Source of the DNA: Antedon mediterranea
Taxonomy: Eukaryota; Animalia; Echinodermata
Length of the DNA: 64,000 nucleotides
Direction of reading: 5' to 3'
Assembly (NCBI RefSeq): GCF_964355755.1
Contig: NC_092677.1
Span: forward strand, 11,492,101 to 11,556,100
A program made the translations under genes and the position numbers. Positions within the stretch are counted from its first letter, which is position 1; the number at the start of each line of letters is the position of its first letter. Of this stretch, positions 1-13,146 are shown one piece after another. The notes below the pieces were generated by a model. It saw nothing but the letters and a program-made list of their open reading frames with translations, ran no database searches and was not told where the DNA came from.

Positions 1-235
1 AAGGAGATTTTCCTAAAAAGATAAGAGACGTCTAATTTTAATTAAACCAAATTTAATTGTAGCTGTATTAGAGTGAACTTTGTGGGTGTGACAAAGTTGA
101 GGAAAGCTACGAATGCATTACATGTGAAGTGTAAGGACATTTAATATCTGAGCATTGCATGTAAACAACAACAATAATTAACATACATGTGCAAGTAAGT
201 AATTTATTTATTTGATAAATGTGTTAACGCAGTAC

Positions 236-496
236 CTTATAGAATTTGTATGTGCTATCTGCATTGTCAAAGTCTACAACTCGTTCGTCACAGAAGTATA
301 TATGCCATTTGTCCCACTGCAAGTCACCAATAGTTGAAAGACCATTACAGAAGATTTTAGCAGCACTACCCCCTGACACTCCAATACAAAATTTCCCCTT
401 CTCCTGCACAGCGTTTCTACTAAGTTCTGCAATAAAACTGCAAACAGCAGAAGGTACTTCACTATCTTCTAATATGTGAACTTTCTTAGAAGCCAT
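236..496 (-). CDS. PGLS: 6-phosphogluconolactonase, first coding exon (gene continues beyond left edge)
   Basis: MASKKVHILEDS...FCIGVSGGSAAK...WDKWHIYFCDERVVDFDNADSTYKFYK carries the SGGS and FCDER..D..S motifs of 6PGL. Phase-0 donor AAG|gtact follows position 236 on the minus strand. Confidence 0.93.
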
Positions 497-1086
497 AATT
501 AGTACATGGAGTGTATACTACCGGCACAAATATTAAGTACTGTAAAACAAATACAGTAAATAAGTAATCTGGGAAATAATAATGAGATACAAAACCGGTT
601 TGTTATTGTTTTGCTTCCTGGTCAGACCACGCCCCCAACGATACATATTTAGCGCGTAACATTGGGGGAGACATTCTATGACAACCAGCCTAATTACACC
701 TTTTCTTACTACGCATAACTCCGCAAAACTACCAACATTTGTCTTCAAAATGTTAAACATTCCTATTTAATTTTGATTGACGTGTTGGAAAAAATTAAAT
801 TAGGTGTATTTTTTCAAATAAATTATATTACTTTGTAATATTAAAATAGGAAATTATATGAATTCACAGGAACTATTTTGTAATCTCAACACGCGCGCGT
901 ATATCTTTATCACCTAGGAGCAAAACATAAATAAATGAAAAGAAAACCACTCGGGCATCACATATCATTTATAGGATAGTTTTCGTTGGGTGTGCTTGTT
1001 ATCAAAACAAACAATTCAACTCTATACAGTATCAATATACCTTTTAATTATTCATCTATTTATAACATAATGTTTTTACAACTCAT
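497..1086. promoter_or_regulatory. Putative bidirectional promoter between PGLS and the ZDHHC gene, including a likely 5'UTR exon of ZDHHC ending at 1086
   Basis: Divergent genes with ATGs about 1.1 kb apart. GC-box-like ACCACGCCCCC (~626), CTTCCTG (~614), ACACGCGCGCGT (~889). Strong donor CAT|gtaagt at 1087 pairs with acceptor tttcag at 1605, just before ATG 1612. Confidence 0.5.
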
Positions 1087-1611
1087 GTAAGTATAAATCT
1101 GTGATGTTTTTGTTTTTAAAGTAAATTCCTTCTACTGAATTTTTTAGACTTCTTTTCGGTACTAAAAAAAAGGACAGAGAGGAGATGTGCTAACTTGCCA
1201 TCCACAGCCAAACTGCATGGACCACAAATTTGAGGCCTTTAGCTAGGCTTACACTAGGTAGAGCATAGATAGACAGCTCTGACACTTAGGGCCAATACCT
1301 AGCCTGGCTAGGCCTACTTCAGAAACCGTTTAAGATCACTGTCAGGCATAATACTGTAATCATATAAATATATTTTGATTTTTAATATTTGTTTTGCCTA
1401 CCTAGCCTAGGCCTAGCTAGTAGGAGGAGGAGGCCTATGACTATGTATGAATATGATGTATTGTGTGACCAGGCCTAGGCCTACTCCTCTACTGTCTGTG
1501 TACCCTAGTCTAGACATATATAGGCCTAGGCTAGGTCTATACTTTTGTTAGTTAAGTCAACCTACAATACAGTACACATTAATAAATATTCTTGATTTAT
1601 TTCAGACAAAT

Positions 1612-4600
1612 ATGAATTGTAAGAAGAAGAACACTGAAGAAAACAAGGAATCTGGTAGCGCAACCGATGCAGCAGCAAAGAAGAAGGCTGCTTACAGGTC
1701 AAAGCCACGAGTTAACGGCTTGAGTCTGCCTCTGCATCCGCTGCAATTTGTCGCCTGGTTCTTTCTAATATTTTTCAATGTCGTTTATCACTTTATAGTT
1801 GTACCTGTTCTTCCATATCACTGGCAACCTGCTGGACATATTGTATCCTTCGAAAATTATCATTTGTTGGCCTAGACAATACAGTAGTTTTTATATTATA
1901 ATGTTGGTTTTTTTTTTTTTTTTATTATTTTTATTCATTTTTTTCAAAAGTTATAATTTTTTTAAAATTTATAATATATTCTTTCAAATTGTATGTTACT
2001 ATGTATAGTATGGCTGTTCTTTTGTTACTATTCTCAGGTGTATTTTTTTTGTAATAATTTGAATATACCGTAACTGAACCTAGTTCTTTTTTATTTATAA
2101 TATCTGTACATTTATTCTACCTTGACTAAGACTGAATTAGATTCCTGGAGTTATCATAAGCTTCCATATAGTAATACACATTGTGTGTGTAACACTTGAT
2201 CCAGCTGATCCAAATGTACGTAAAAAGAAAACGCAACATGTCAAAACATTTGACAGGAGTGAACACAGACACGTCATTGAGAATTGCCGCTGTTATCTCT
2301 GCGAAGTCCCTGTGTAAGTATAGATTAACAATTTTTATGTAGGAGGAAGAAAAAAAAAGTATGGGCGATCTGCTTATTCTTTGTCTTTTTTTAGCCTATA
2401 TTATGGGCCGATCCAGAGGGGGCCAAACATTTTTACGCCCCCACCCCCTCACCCTCCTATTTCAAAATCCTGGATCCGCCACTGAATATCGTGCCACCAA
2501 TTGGTGCCAGTTGTTCCTGTCGTTTCCATAAATCTTAGCCATACTGTTGTACCGGTCTGCCTGACGAGCTCATCCCTCCATCTCAAATGATGTTTACCCC
2601 TCTTTCTTTTCCCTTATAATGGTTGCCACTCTGATGTCCATTCTACCAACGTGTATCCTTGGATGCCTTGCCCACCTCCATTTCGTATATTTTTCTGTTT
2701 AATAATCTTAGTTTATTCTCTTGGTGGTTAATTCTCACTGCTTAACTTCCAATCCTAAAGTCCCTGGTTCAATCCTGACCTAGGGCTCATAACTATCTAC
2801 TCCACTTAGTCCTAGCCTCAACATCTTGTAGAAAAAATATTTTGTTTATTATTTATAAATATACTATAATATATATATATTTTCATAGTACAGTGAATCT
2901 ATAAATAACTTGTTTTAACATTTTTTATAGAGGTACTAAATCGAAACACTGTTCTGTTTGTAACAAGTGTGTGTCTGACTTCGATCATCATTGCAAGTGG
3001 CTCAACAACTGTGTGGGTGAACGAAACTACAGGTAGGCAGTCTGACCCTGATTGTAATGAATGTTTGTTGGTATTAATAATGGTTCCTTCCAATTTCCGT
3101 ATACATTACTCAATGTTGGTTTGTGGGTAATTAATAATGGTTCCTTCCAATTTCCGTATACATTACTCAATGTTGGTTTGTGGGTAATTAATAATGGTTC
3201 CTTCCAATTTCCGTATACATTACTCAATGTTGGTTTGTGGGTAATTAATAATGGTTCCTTCCAATTTCCGTATACATTACTCAATGTTGGTTTGTGGGTA
3301 ATTAATAATGGTTCCTTCCAATTTCCGTATACATTACTCAATGTTGGTTTGTGGGTATTTAATAATGGTTCCTTCCAATTTCCGTATACATTACTCAATG
3401 TTGGTTTGTGGGTAATTAATAATGGTTCCTTCCAATTATGCTTTAATCTTAATGGTGTCTAAATTTATTTGAAATTACCCTTGTTTTATTTTAACATGAA
3501 TCTTGATTTTTATACCAACTCCGATTTAATTCCATCGATTTGAGCAATCATTAAACCCTTTCTAGTATCCCTTTACACGCTCACCATGTGCCATGGGTGT
3601 TGACTATACTCATAGCATCTTTGGTCATACTGTACTGGTGATAAATGTATAAAATTAATGTTTAATGAATGTATATTACTTACTTTCTAGGCTATTTATC
3701 ATGTGTCTGGCATCCGCCTTGGTGACCTGTTTCATTGTATTATGTGTCTGCCTCTACGTTGGAGTGGCATACTGGGTTAATCCAAAACTACTTCACCCAG
3801 ACGCTTTAGGTAAAGTAATCAATTTCATCATCAAAAGTTCACTGTATGTACAGGGAACCAACAGTCTTATAGCCCTCTTAATTGTTATTTATTTGTATAA
3901 ATTAATTGTTTTATTTTTCTACTTTCTTCAGATGACGATAGCATCGCAATGTCTTCCACTGTTACTCCTAATTACCATGATGGCTTTGAAATGTTTGGAC
4001 ATTCTGTTACTGGCACTGCATTTTTTGTCCTCATATGCATCATGGTTGCATTATTAATACTTACTGTTTGTCTGTTAGGCCATCTATTGGGCTTCCACAT
4101 CTACCTCAGTAAGTTTAAAAAATAAATTATTATTTATTATCTTTAAAACTATACATACTTTTATAGATTCTTTTTTTTCATTGGCATCAACATCTAAATA
4201 AATTGAGATTTGATTATAAATTATGAAAATCAAACCAGGTACTCATTTTATGAATATAATTGTTATTATTTTCATTAATAAAAGTAATTTATTGCCTAAA
4301 ATATTCTTTTATATTCTAAATGGTAAGAAATGTACAACTTTGTACCACTTTCCTTAAAAGAAAAACCCCATTGTTTGTTCAATGCATTGTACAGTAAGTT
4401 CTGTACGGGACCTTCTTCTGCCTTACTAAATAGAATATTGTGTTTTATGTTTACATAGTTTAAAGATGATGCTGCAGTAAGGCCAATATTTACATACTTG
4501 GCTTATATTTATAATTTCTGTTATCGTTTGTTAGTTTCAAGAAAGCTAAGTACCTATGAATACATTATACTCAAACGGGAGCTTAAGATCAAGAAACAAA

Positions 4601-7401
4601 TGGACATAGAGTCACAGGGTCAATCAGTGCAAGAAGAAGAAAGTCCAAAGATAAAAAAACAAAAAGTAAGGTTATATTCAATTAGGTTATTCCTAAATTT
4701 AAGAGAAAAAAATATACATAAAATGGCAAAAAAGAAAAGAAGACCCTGAAAAATGTACATAAAAAATGTGCAAAAATAATACTTATTTATAGTATTAACG
4801 TTGTTAACATAAATACACTTTTGCAATTGGGCGGATACTGCACTGATTAAGGCTAACTTTATAAAATAGACTAACAATACAAACTTGACAAGAGCCAATG
4901 GACCATTTCAGATAACTTTAAATTTTGAAGAATTATTAAAAATTATTATTATGTATAATTGTCGAAATGTAATTTTAATATTTTACAGAAAAATAAAGTT
5001 TCACCAGTTAATGATGATGAAGAACTCGAAATGGAAACAAAATCAAAGTGAGTACTACATGTATGTAGTGTGTAGGATTTCCAAAAAATTCCATGGATTA
5101 AATCCATCATTTCATCTTTATGTTCTTTATTTAATAATCCAGTTGTTTCTTTAATAATATTCTTCTCACACATACTGTACTGACTAGAACTATTGTAGTT
5201 TAGTTTTGTAATTCATTTGTAAGAACAGTTTGCTATGTAATTCATTTTCTAATGTTATACTTATGCATGTACGTAATAAATTGAATAGGAAACAATACAA
5301 ATAGTGATAGAATAAGCAGCGTAGTTTGAACAGTTCTGGATTTAGCTCATTATATATAGAAATTTAGTTTGTCATCAAATATCCCTCTCATGGTGCCTAA
5401 CAAATGGAGTTTACACACACCAGAGCATCAACACCAGAGCATCAACACCAGAGCATCAACACCAGAGCATCAACACCAGAGCATCAACACCAGAGCATCA
5501 ACACCAGAGCATCAACACCAGAGCATCAACACTGACATTTTGTATGGTGTGCGTCCCGGTGTGTGTAAACGCTAGCATTTAACTAGGCGATGTGAAATAG
5601 GGTATAACCATAACGCTGCTCCAAATTTCGATTAGCTTTATAGTACTTGCATGAGTAGATTTTGTTTATCATTTTTATGTTACTTACGTCGCTCTTTTTG
5701 TTTAGATTCTGTAGTACCAAACTCTCATTTGGTTTACCTACTGTCAACATCTGAAATCATCTTAAAAAATGCTTTGCTATATGTTTCGTTGTACTTTATA
5801 ATAGGTAGTTCATTGTTTTGTTTTATTAATTATTGTAATTATTGTAATGGCAATAACTGCCACATTTATAATCGTCATTTTAAACGCTATTTGTCGTTAG
5901 ACAGTGCATGTATCAGTTGTGTCACCATTCTACCTTTATTGGCAAGCATGTATATATAATAGTGACATGAATTTGAAATTGAGGGTCTAAAAATAGTGAA
6001 ATTAAGATCTGAACTTACACTAGTGTCCTATCTTTTTCTGATGGCATTTTATTTTTCAGTACATTTGTTTTTTGTGGTTTTTTTTTAGGAATAAACTAAA
6101 TAATTTTAAAAACAATTCAGAAAATGATTTAATGGAACATCCTGATCTTCTTCCTCCCAACACAAGTGAAGTAATAATACATAACAATAATAATGAAGCA
6201 ACTAAACTACGAAAACAAAGTGACAAAAAGGACAAATTAATGGACAGTAAAACATCAGACTACAAGAATAGTGTGACTTATGACAATTCAACCAACAGCG
6301 CAACATCAAACAGCAAACGTAGTGAGACAAGTGACAAATCTATGTCTAAACGCAACAGGAAAAAAAAGGTTAGTACTGTAATTATTTTTAATAATAATAC
6401 ATTACACATTTCCAGTAGCAGAAAACGTTTACTAACATTACTGTATCTGTGAATTAATAGTATGCATTTATGTAATAGGCCTATATATTTCTTTTTCATA
6501 CAAAATTATGTTTACAATCTGAAAATATTATTACAAATTTTACCCATAGCAATTATAATATAATTGCAATAACAATTATTATTTTAATAATTTCAGAGAA
6601 AATTCCTCCCAAAAAACAGAGTGCAGACAGATAACGATTCAGATATCTTATATCCATCCGCACAATTTTTACCATTGCAACCGCAGTTGTTACCACCGCA
6701 ACCACAGTTTTCAGTGGAGCAGCATTATATTTCGCCAGTAGGCTTATCACAAAGTCTTCCAGAAACGTACTTAGAGCAGCATATTGTGCAAAGGTTTCCA
6801 GCAAACGCAATGCACAGGCAAATACCATTACATGTACCAGGTAAGAGAATCACTCCAATATAATTTAAAACTTGTCAGTAACGGTATATTTTTTAACTAT
6901 TTGCTGTCTTTTTATACTTTGCACTATCATCATATTTTCTATTAATTTTTAATTTTCCCAGTGACAAGAAAAAATTCTGCTGTACATTCTACGCATTTTC
7001 CAATGACAATCTCCAGGCCACTTCATGCCAGCAACATTAACATAACACCTGTAGGTCCAGCGGCAGACTATGACTCGGACACAGCCGAGTCCCTGCATGA
7101 AATACCGTTGGAGAACTCGAGTGGCCTAGCAAACTCATTTGACTCGGCCAGCTATGCAAATGTATGGCAAAACCAACAGAACTTTAGCTATTCATGGAAT
7201 AATGGGTATAATAACCCAGGATATCAGAACAATGTGGATCCGTTTTTATACGGTCAAATGAACCAAAGCAAGTACTACAGACATTTACCGACTAAATCAC
7301 GTCCAGTAGTGCCAGCTTTAGATCTTGGCAGCCTTACCAGAACAACTCATTACAACTCGAATCATTCGTCGTCGTCAAGACATGGAGATACTAGTTTCTA
7401 A
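1612..7401 (+). CDS. ZDHHC1: DHHC palmitoyltransferase, ZDHHC1/ZDHHC11 subfamily, complete, ~651 aa
   Basis: Frame-consistent exons 1612-1842, 2141-2313, 2931-3032, 3691-3809, 3932-4108, 4535-4665, 4989-5047, 6089-6368, 6597-6840, 6962-7401. Motifs: [79 protein letters not shown]. Long low-complexity C-tail; AATAAA at ~7809. ZDHHC1 versus ZDHHC11 cannot be resolved by eye. Confidence 0.92.
1843..2140 (+). other. U12-type (minor spliceosome) GT-AG intron
   Basis: 5' splice site GTATCCTT; branch site TTCTACCTTGAC at 2115-2126, about 15 nt from the AG; no polypyrimidine tract. Splicing restores frame (AGHI|IPGV). Confidence 0.88.
2730..2830 (+). mobile_element. Decayed tRNA-derived SINE head
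   Basis: B-box-like GGTTCAATCC in ttccaatcctaaagtccctggttcaatcctg; no complete cloverleaf. Confidence 0.3.
3060..3437. repeat. 57-bp tandem minisatellite (~6.5 copies) in a ZDHHC intron
   Basis: Unit gtaattaataatggttccttccaatttccgtatacattactcaatgttggtttgtgg, near-identical copies. Confidence 0.95.
5417..5532. repeat. 14-bp minisatellite (acaccagagcatca)n
   Basis: About 8 perfect copies. Confidence 0.95.
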
Positions 7402-7849
7402 AAGAAGCTTAACGACAAAAAGCTAATTGTGCAATAATGGTATTTGACTCCTTGGTGAATGGTTGCCACCCGTGTGACACAGTACCAGAACAATGGATAC
7501 GTAACCCTCCAGATGTAAACAACTTTTTAATACTACATGTTTTTATATATGAATATTTTAATACAGAAAAAACTTTTTATATATTTTTTATGTGCAATTT
7601 AAGCTATTGATATATTTGGTGCTAAACTATTATATGAAATGAGTGCCAATATTTTTGATACAAATATATACTTTATCAATGAAAGGCTGATATCAGCTAA
7701 ATTATTACATAATTTGTCTAGAACTTGTTTTATTTGATGTTTAAAATGTTAGTTATGTCAAAATGGGAAATTTGTGAAAATGGAAAAATTTCTACCCTTT
7801 TACTTTTTAATAAAAAGATGAAGAAGGACATTTTCAAAAAAATTTATCA

Positions 7850-9280
7850 TAAATGGTTACTATATCATAATTAACATGCGCAGAATCGTATAATATGTAC
7901 TACGCATTTCAAGTATGCTATAGTAACCAGTTACTGTATATCGAAAAATAAAAAGGTCGAAATTTGGCAATTTTCTGAAAAAATGGCAATTTTTCAACCC
8001 TTTTATTTTTTGACATAAATGGTTACTATCATATTTAACATGCGCAATTATGCTATAGTAATCAATTATATCGATAATAAAAAGGTTGAAATTTGGCAAT
8101 TTAAAAAAAAAAAATAGTCATTTTTCGACCATTTTTGTTGTTGACATAAATGGTTACTATATCATAATTAACATGCGCAGAGTCGAATAATATGTACTGC
8201 GCATGTCAATCATGCTATAGTAATCAATTATATCGAAAATAGAGAGGTTGAAATTTTGCCATTTTTTGAAAAAATCCCTGTACTATAGTACAGGAAAATT
8301 TTCGAAAAATCGCCAATTTTCGACCTTTTTATTTGTTGACTTAAATGGTTACTATATAGCATAATAAACATCGAGTCGAATAATGCGTTCTGCGCGTGTC
8401 AATTGTGCTATAGTAACCAGTTTTATCGAAAAATAAAAAGGTCGAAAATTTGTCCTTTTTGAAAAAATCCCTGTACTATAGTACAGGGAAATTTTCGACA
8501 AATCACCAATTTTCGACTTTTTATTTGTTGACATAAATCGTTACTATAGCATAATAAACATGCGCAGAGTCGAATAATGCGTTCTGCGCATGTCAATTGT
8601 GCTATAGTAACCACTTTTGACATAAATGGTTACTATAGCATAATAAACATGCGCAGAGTCGAATAATGGGTTCTGTGCATGCCAACTGTGCTATAGTAAT
8701 CAGTTTTATCGAAAAATAAAAAGGTCGAAAATGTGTCCTTTTTGAAAAAATCCCTGTACTATAGTACAGGAAAATTTTTGAAAAATCGCCAATTTTCGAC
8801 CTTTTTATTTGTTGACATAAATGGTTACTATAGCATAATAAACATGCGCAGAGTCGAATAATGTGTTCTGCGTATGCCAATTGTGCTATAGTAACCAGTT
8901 TTATCGAAAAATAAAAAGGTCGAAAATTGGTCCTTTTTTAAAAAATCCCTGTAGGCCTACTATAAGTACAGGGAAATTTTCGAAAAATCGCCAATTTTCG
9001 ACTTTTTTATTTGTTGACTTAAATGGTTACTATATAGCATAATAAACATGCGCAGAGTCGAATAATGCGTTCTGCGCATGTCAATTGTGCTATAGTAACC
9101 ACTTTTGACATAAATAGTTACTATAGCATAATAAACATGCGCAGAGTCGAATAATGGGTTCTGCGCATGCCAATTGTGCTATAGTAACCACTTTTGATAT
9201 AAATGGTTACTGTAGCATAATAAACATGCGCATAGTCGAATAAATGGTCCTTTTTGAAAAAATCCCTGTACTATAGTACA
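7850..9280. repeat. ~195-bp palindromic satellite, left part
   Basis: Units contain ggttactatagca..catgcgcaga..tctgcgcatg..tgctatagtaacc and ccctgtactatagtacaggg; some ~90-bp half-units; diverged at the outer edge. Confidence 0.9.
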
Positions 9281-9334
9281 ATATATAATTGAATAATTTC
9301 TTATTTTATTTTAAAAATCATATTTTTTGCTTTT

Positions 9335-9460
9335 TGACAATCCGCCAGGATAGTGTTCTGCGCTTTTTCTCTGCTTGTTGTTGTTCTATGTTATATATGC
9401 TTTTTGTATTGTTTTTGTATTATTTTTTCTGGATAATAAATGAATATGAATATGAATATT
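9335..9460 (+). mobile_element. LINE 3'-end remnant
   Basis: T-rich UTR-like stretch ending AATAAATGAATATGAATATGAATAT, a short-repeat tail as in CR1/L2-group LINEs. Confidence 0.4.
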
Positions 9461-9464
9461 CATC

Positions 9465-12446
9465 TCATCTCCTTAATTGCCTAAGTCACACAGCTGACTT
9501 AGGCAGAAACACAAAAAAACGATCTGAGCATGTGCAAATGTATATAAAAGCACTCAGATAATATACAGGGCAGCATAAAGATATAAGCAGTGAGTTAGGC
9601 AGACCATAAGTCAGCTCTCCTTAATTGCCTAAGTCACACAGCTGACTTGGGCAGAAACACAACAAATATATTATATTGATATAAGCAGTGAGTTAGGCAG
9701 AAAAACAAAAACAAAATTATGACTTAGACACTTTTGTTTTTAGGCTGTAGATATTATCTATACACAAAAATTGCTACCTTTAAGTAACAAAATTTAATAG
9801 CATTAGCTCTTCAGATTAAAATTAACACTGATGATTTTAGAAAAGGAAAGTAGCAATAAAAGAGAAAGAATTTGTAACAAATGGGTTAAAAAATATACTA
9901 TAAAAATGTATTTCTTATTTTATTTAAAAAATCATGAGTCTTTTCTCCTTAATTGCCTAAGTCACATAGCTGACTTAGGCAGAAACACAAAAAACGATCT
10001 GAGCATGTGCAAATGTATATAAAAGCACTCAGATAATGTACAGAGGGGGCAATATAATGATATAAGCAGTGAGTTAGGCAGATCATAAGTCAGCTCTCCA
10101 TAATTGCCTAAGTCACACAGCTGACTTAGGCAGAAACACAAAAAAATATAGTATATTGATATAAGCAGTGAGTTAGGCAGATCATAAGTCAGCTCTCCTT
10201 AATTGCCTAAGTCACACAGCTGACTTGGGCAGAAACACAACAAATATATTATATTGATATAAGCAGTGAGTTAGGCAGAAAAACAAAAACAAAATTATGA
10301 CTTAGACACTTTTGTTATGAGGCTGTCGATATCATCTATATACACAAAATGCTACCTTTAAGTAACAAAATGTAATAGCATAGCTCTTCAGATTAAAATT
10401 AACACTGATGATTTTAGAAAAGGAAAGTAGCAATAAAAGAGAAAGAATTCGTAACAAATGGGTTAAAAAATATACTATAAAAATGTATTTCTTATTTTAT
10501 TTAAAAAATCATGAATCTCCTCTCCTTAATTGCCTAAGTCACATAGCTGACTTAGGCAGAAACACAAAAAACGATCTGAGCATGTGCAAATGTATATAAA
10601 AGCACTCAGATAATGTACAGAGGGGGCAATATAATGATATAAGCAGTGAGTTAGGCAGATCATAAGTCAGCTCTCCATAATTGCCTAAGTCACACAGCTG
10701 ACTTAGGCAGAAACACAAAAAATATAGTATATTGATATAAGCAGTGAGTTAGGCAGATCATAAGTCAGCTCTCCTTAATGCTTAAGTCACACAGCTGACT
10801 TGGGCAGAAACACAACAAATATATTATATTGATATAAGCAGTGAGTTAGGCAGAAAAACAAAAACAAAATTATGACTTAGACACTTTTGTTATGAGGCTG
10901 TCGATATCATCTATATACACAAAATGCTACCTTTAAGTAACAAAATGTAATAGCACAGCTCTTCAGATTAAAATTAACACTGATGATTTTAGAAAATGAA
11001 AGTAGCAATAAAAGAGAAAGAATTCGTAACAAATGGGTTAAAAAATATACTATAAAAATGTATTTCTTATTTTATTTAAAAAATCATGAGTCTTCTCTCC
11101 TTAATTGCCTAAGTCACATAGCTGACTTAGGCAGAAACACAAAAAACGATCTGAGCATGTGCAAATGTATATAAAAGCACTCAGATAATGTACAGAGGGG
11201 GCAATATAATGATATAAGCAGTGAGTTAGGCAGATCATAAGTCAGCTCTCCATAATTGCCTAAGTCACACAGCTGACTTAGGCAGAAACACAAAAAATAT
11301 AGTATATTGATATAAGCAGTGAGTTAGGCAGATCATAAGTCAGCTCTCCTTAATGCTTAAGTCACACAGCTGACTTGGGCAGAAACACAACAAATATATT
11401 ATATTGATATAAGCAGTGAGTTAGGCAGAAAAACAAAAACAAAATTATGACTTAGACACTTTTGTTATGAGGCTGTCGATATCATCTATATACACAAAAT
11501 GCTACCTTTAAGTAACAAAATGTAATAGCACAGCTCTTCAGATTAAAATTAACACTGATGATTTTAGAAAATGAAAGTAGCAATAAAAGAGAAAGAATTC
11601 GTAACAAATGGGTTAAAAAATATACTATAAAAATGTATTTCTTATTTTATTTAAAAAATCATGAGTCTTCTCTCCTTAATTGCCTAAGTCACATAGCTGA
11701 CTTAGGCAGAAACACAAAAAACGATCTGAGCATGTGCAAATGTATATAAAAGCACTCAGATAATGTACAGAGGGGGCAATATAATGATATAAGCAGTGAG
11801 TTAGGCAGATCATAAGTCAGCTCTCCATAATTGCCTAAGTCACACAGCTGACTTGGGCAGAAACACAACAAATATAGTATATTGATATAAGCAGTGAGTT
11901 AGGCAGAAAAACAAAAACAAAATTATGACTTAGACACTTTTGTTATTAGGCTGTAGATATCATCTATACACAAAAATTGCTACCTTTAAGTAACAAAATT
12001 TAATAGCATTAGCTCTTCAGATTAAAATTAACACTGATGATTTTAGAAAAGGAAAGTAGCAATAAAAGAGAAAGAATTCGTAACAAATGGGTTAAAAAAT
12101 ATACTATAAAAATGTATTTCTTATTTTATTTAAAAAATCATGAGTCTCGTCTCCTTAATTGCCTAATTGTCACATAGCTGACTTAGGCAGAAACACAAAA
12201 AACGATCTGAGCATGTGCAAATGTATATAAAAGCACTCAGATAATGTACAGAGGGCAGTATAATGATATAAGCAGTGAGTTAGGCAGATCATAAGTCAGC
12301 TCTCCTTAATTGCCTAAGTCACACAGCTGATTTGGGCAGAAACACAACAAATATAGTATATTGATATAAGCAGTGAGTTAGGCAGAAAAACAAAAATTAT
12401 GTCTTAGACACTTTTGTTATGAGGCTTTCGATATCATCTATATACA
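9465..12446. repeat. ~575-bp higher-order tandem repeat (5+ units) built on a ~110-bp subrepeat
   Basis: Near-identical spurious ORFs recur at 9831, 10408, 10983 and 11558. Each unit has 2-3 copies of tgcctaagtcacacagctgacttaggcaga plus taagcagtgagttaggcaga. Confidence 0.93.
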
Positions 12447-13146
12447 AACAAGGCCATATAGATGGCTACAGTCGCGTGCTCTTTAGTGTTTACCGACCGA
12501 CCGACTAACCTACCATCTGACCGAAGTTACTGAAGATGTTTAAAAATGTTGAAATGTTTAAAAACATTTATATTTTTTTAATTTACACGTGCGTAGCCTG
12601 TCACTTTTGACGTGCTCGTATAACGTAATTTCGAGTTGAAAAGTAAGTCAAGAAAACAGAAATCGGGCAAAAAGAGTGCGTAATAACATTTAACGCGCAG
12701 TGCGTGCGCAAAAATCTGCGCACTCATGGCAATTTTGTAAACGCTTAAAATTGCCTGAAACGTACTCTTATTTCATCGAAAATCAATTTTGAAAATTTTA
12801 AGCGCGCATACGCATGCGTTACATGCGCTACGCACGTAATTGTATTGCCATATGATGATTTATGCCCTGAAATTTTTGAGTACCAAATTTTAATTAATTG
12901 TGATTCATGGTTGTGAAGATATGATTACAAATGTGATTTCATTAAATCGTGCGTAATTTTTTATTGCGCACCGTGAAAACATAACCACATCGATTCCTGG
13001 CCATAAGGAATATACTGTGAAAAATTGACTTAGCTAGATTAAACTGATATCGAGATAAGGTCAGAAAGCGATAAAACGCATAGTGATACCGGACCGACAG
13101 ACCAACCGACCGACATAGTGAACTATAGAGTCGCGTCCACGCGCTA
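12447..13146 (-). mobile_element. Non-autonomous Helentron-associated (HINE/DINE-1-like) element
   Basis: On the minus strand: 5' palindromic subTIR tagcgcgtggacgcgact, GTCG/GTCY microsatellite, 3' copy cacgcgact followed by hairpin GCCAT-ctat-ATGGC and cttgtt; T-rich flanks, no TSD. Confidence 0.7.

Noticed and set aside
2730-2830. Possible tRNA gene
   Set aside because: Only a B-box-like motif; no acceptor stem or cloverleaf, so treated as a SINE relic.
3027-3462. Repetitive ORFs on both strands; superficially CRISPR-like array
   Set aside because: A 57-bp (19-codon) tandem repeat with no unique spacers, inside an intron.
9831-11749. Four near-identical 63-aa ORFs (MILEKESS...)
   Set aside because: By-products of the 575-bp tandem repeat; the equivalent frame is disrupted in another unit and shows no protein motif.
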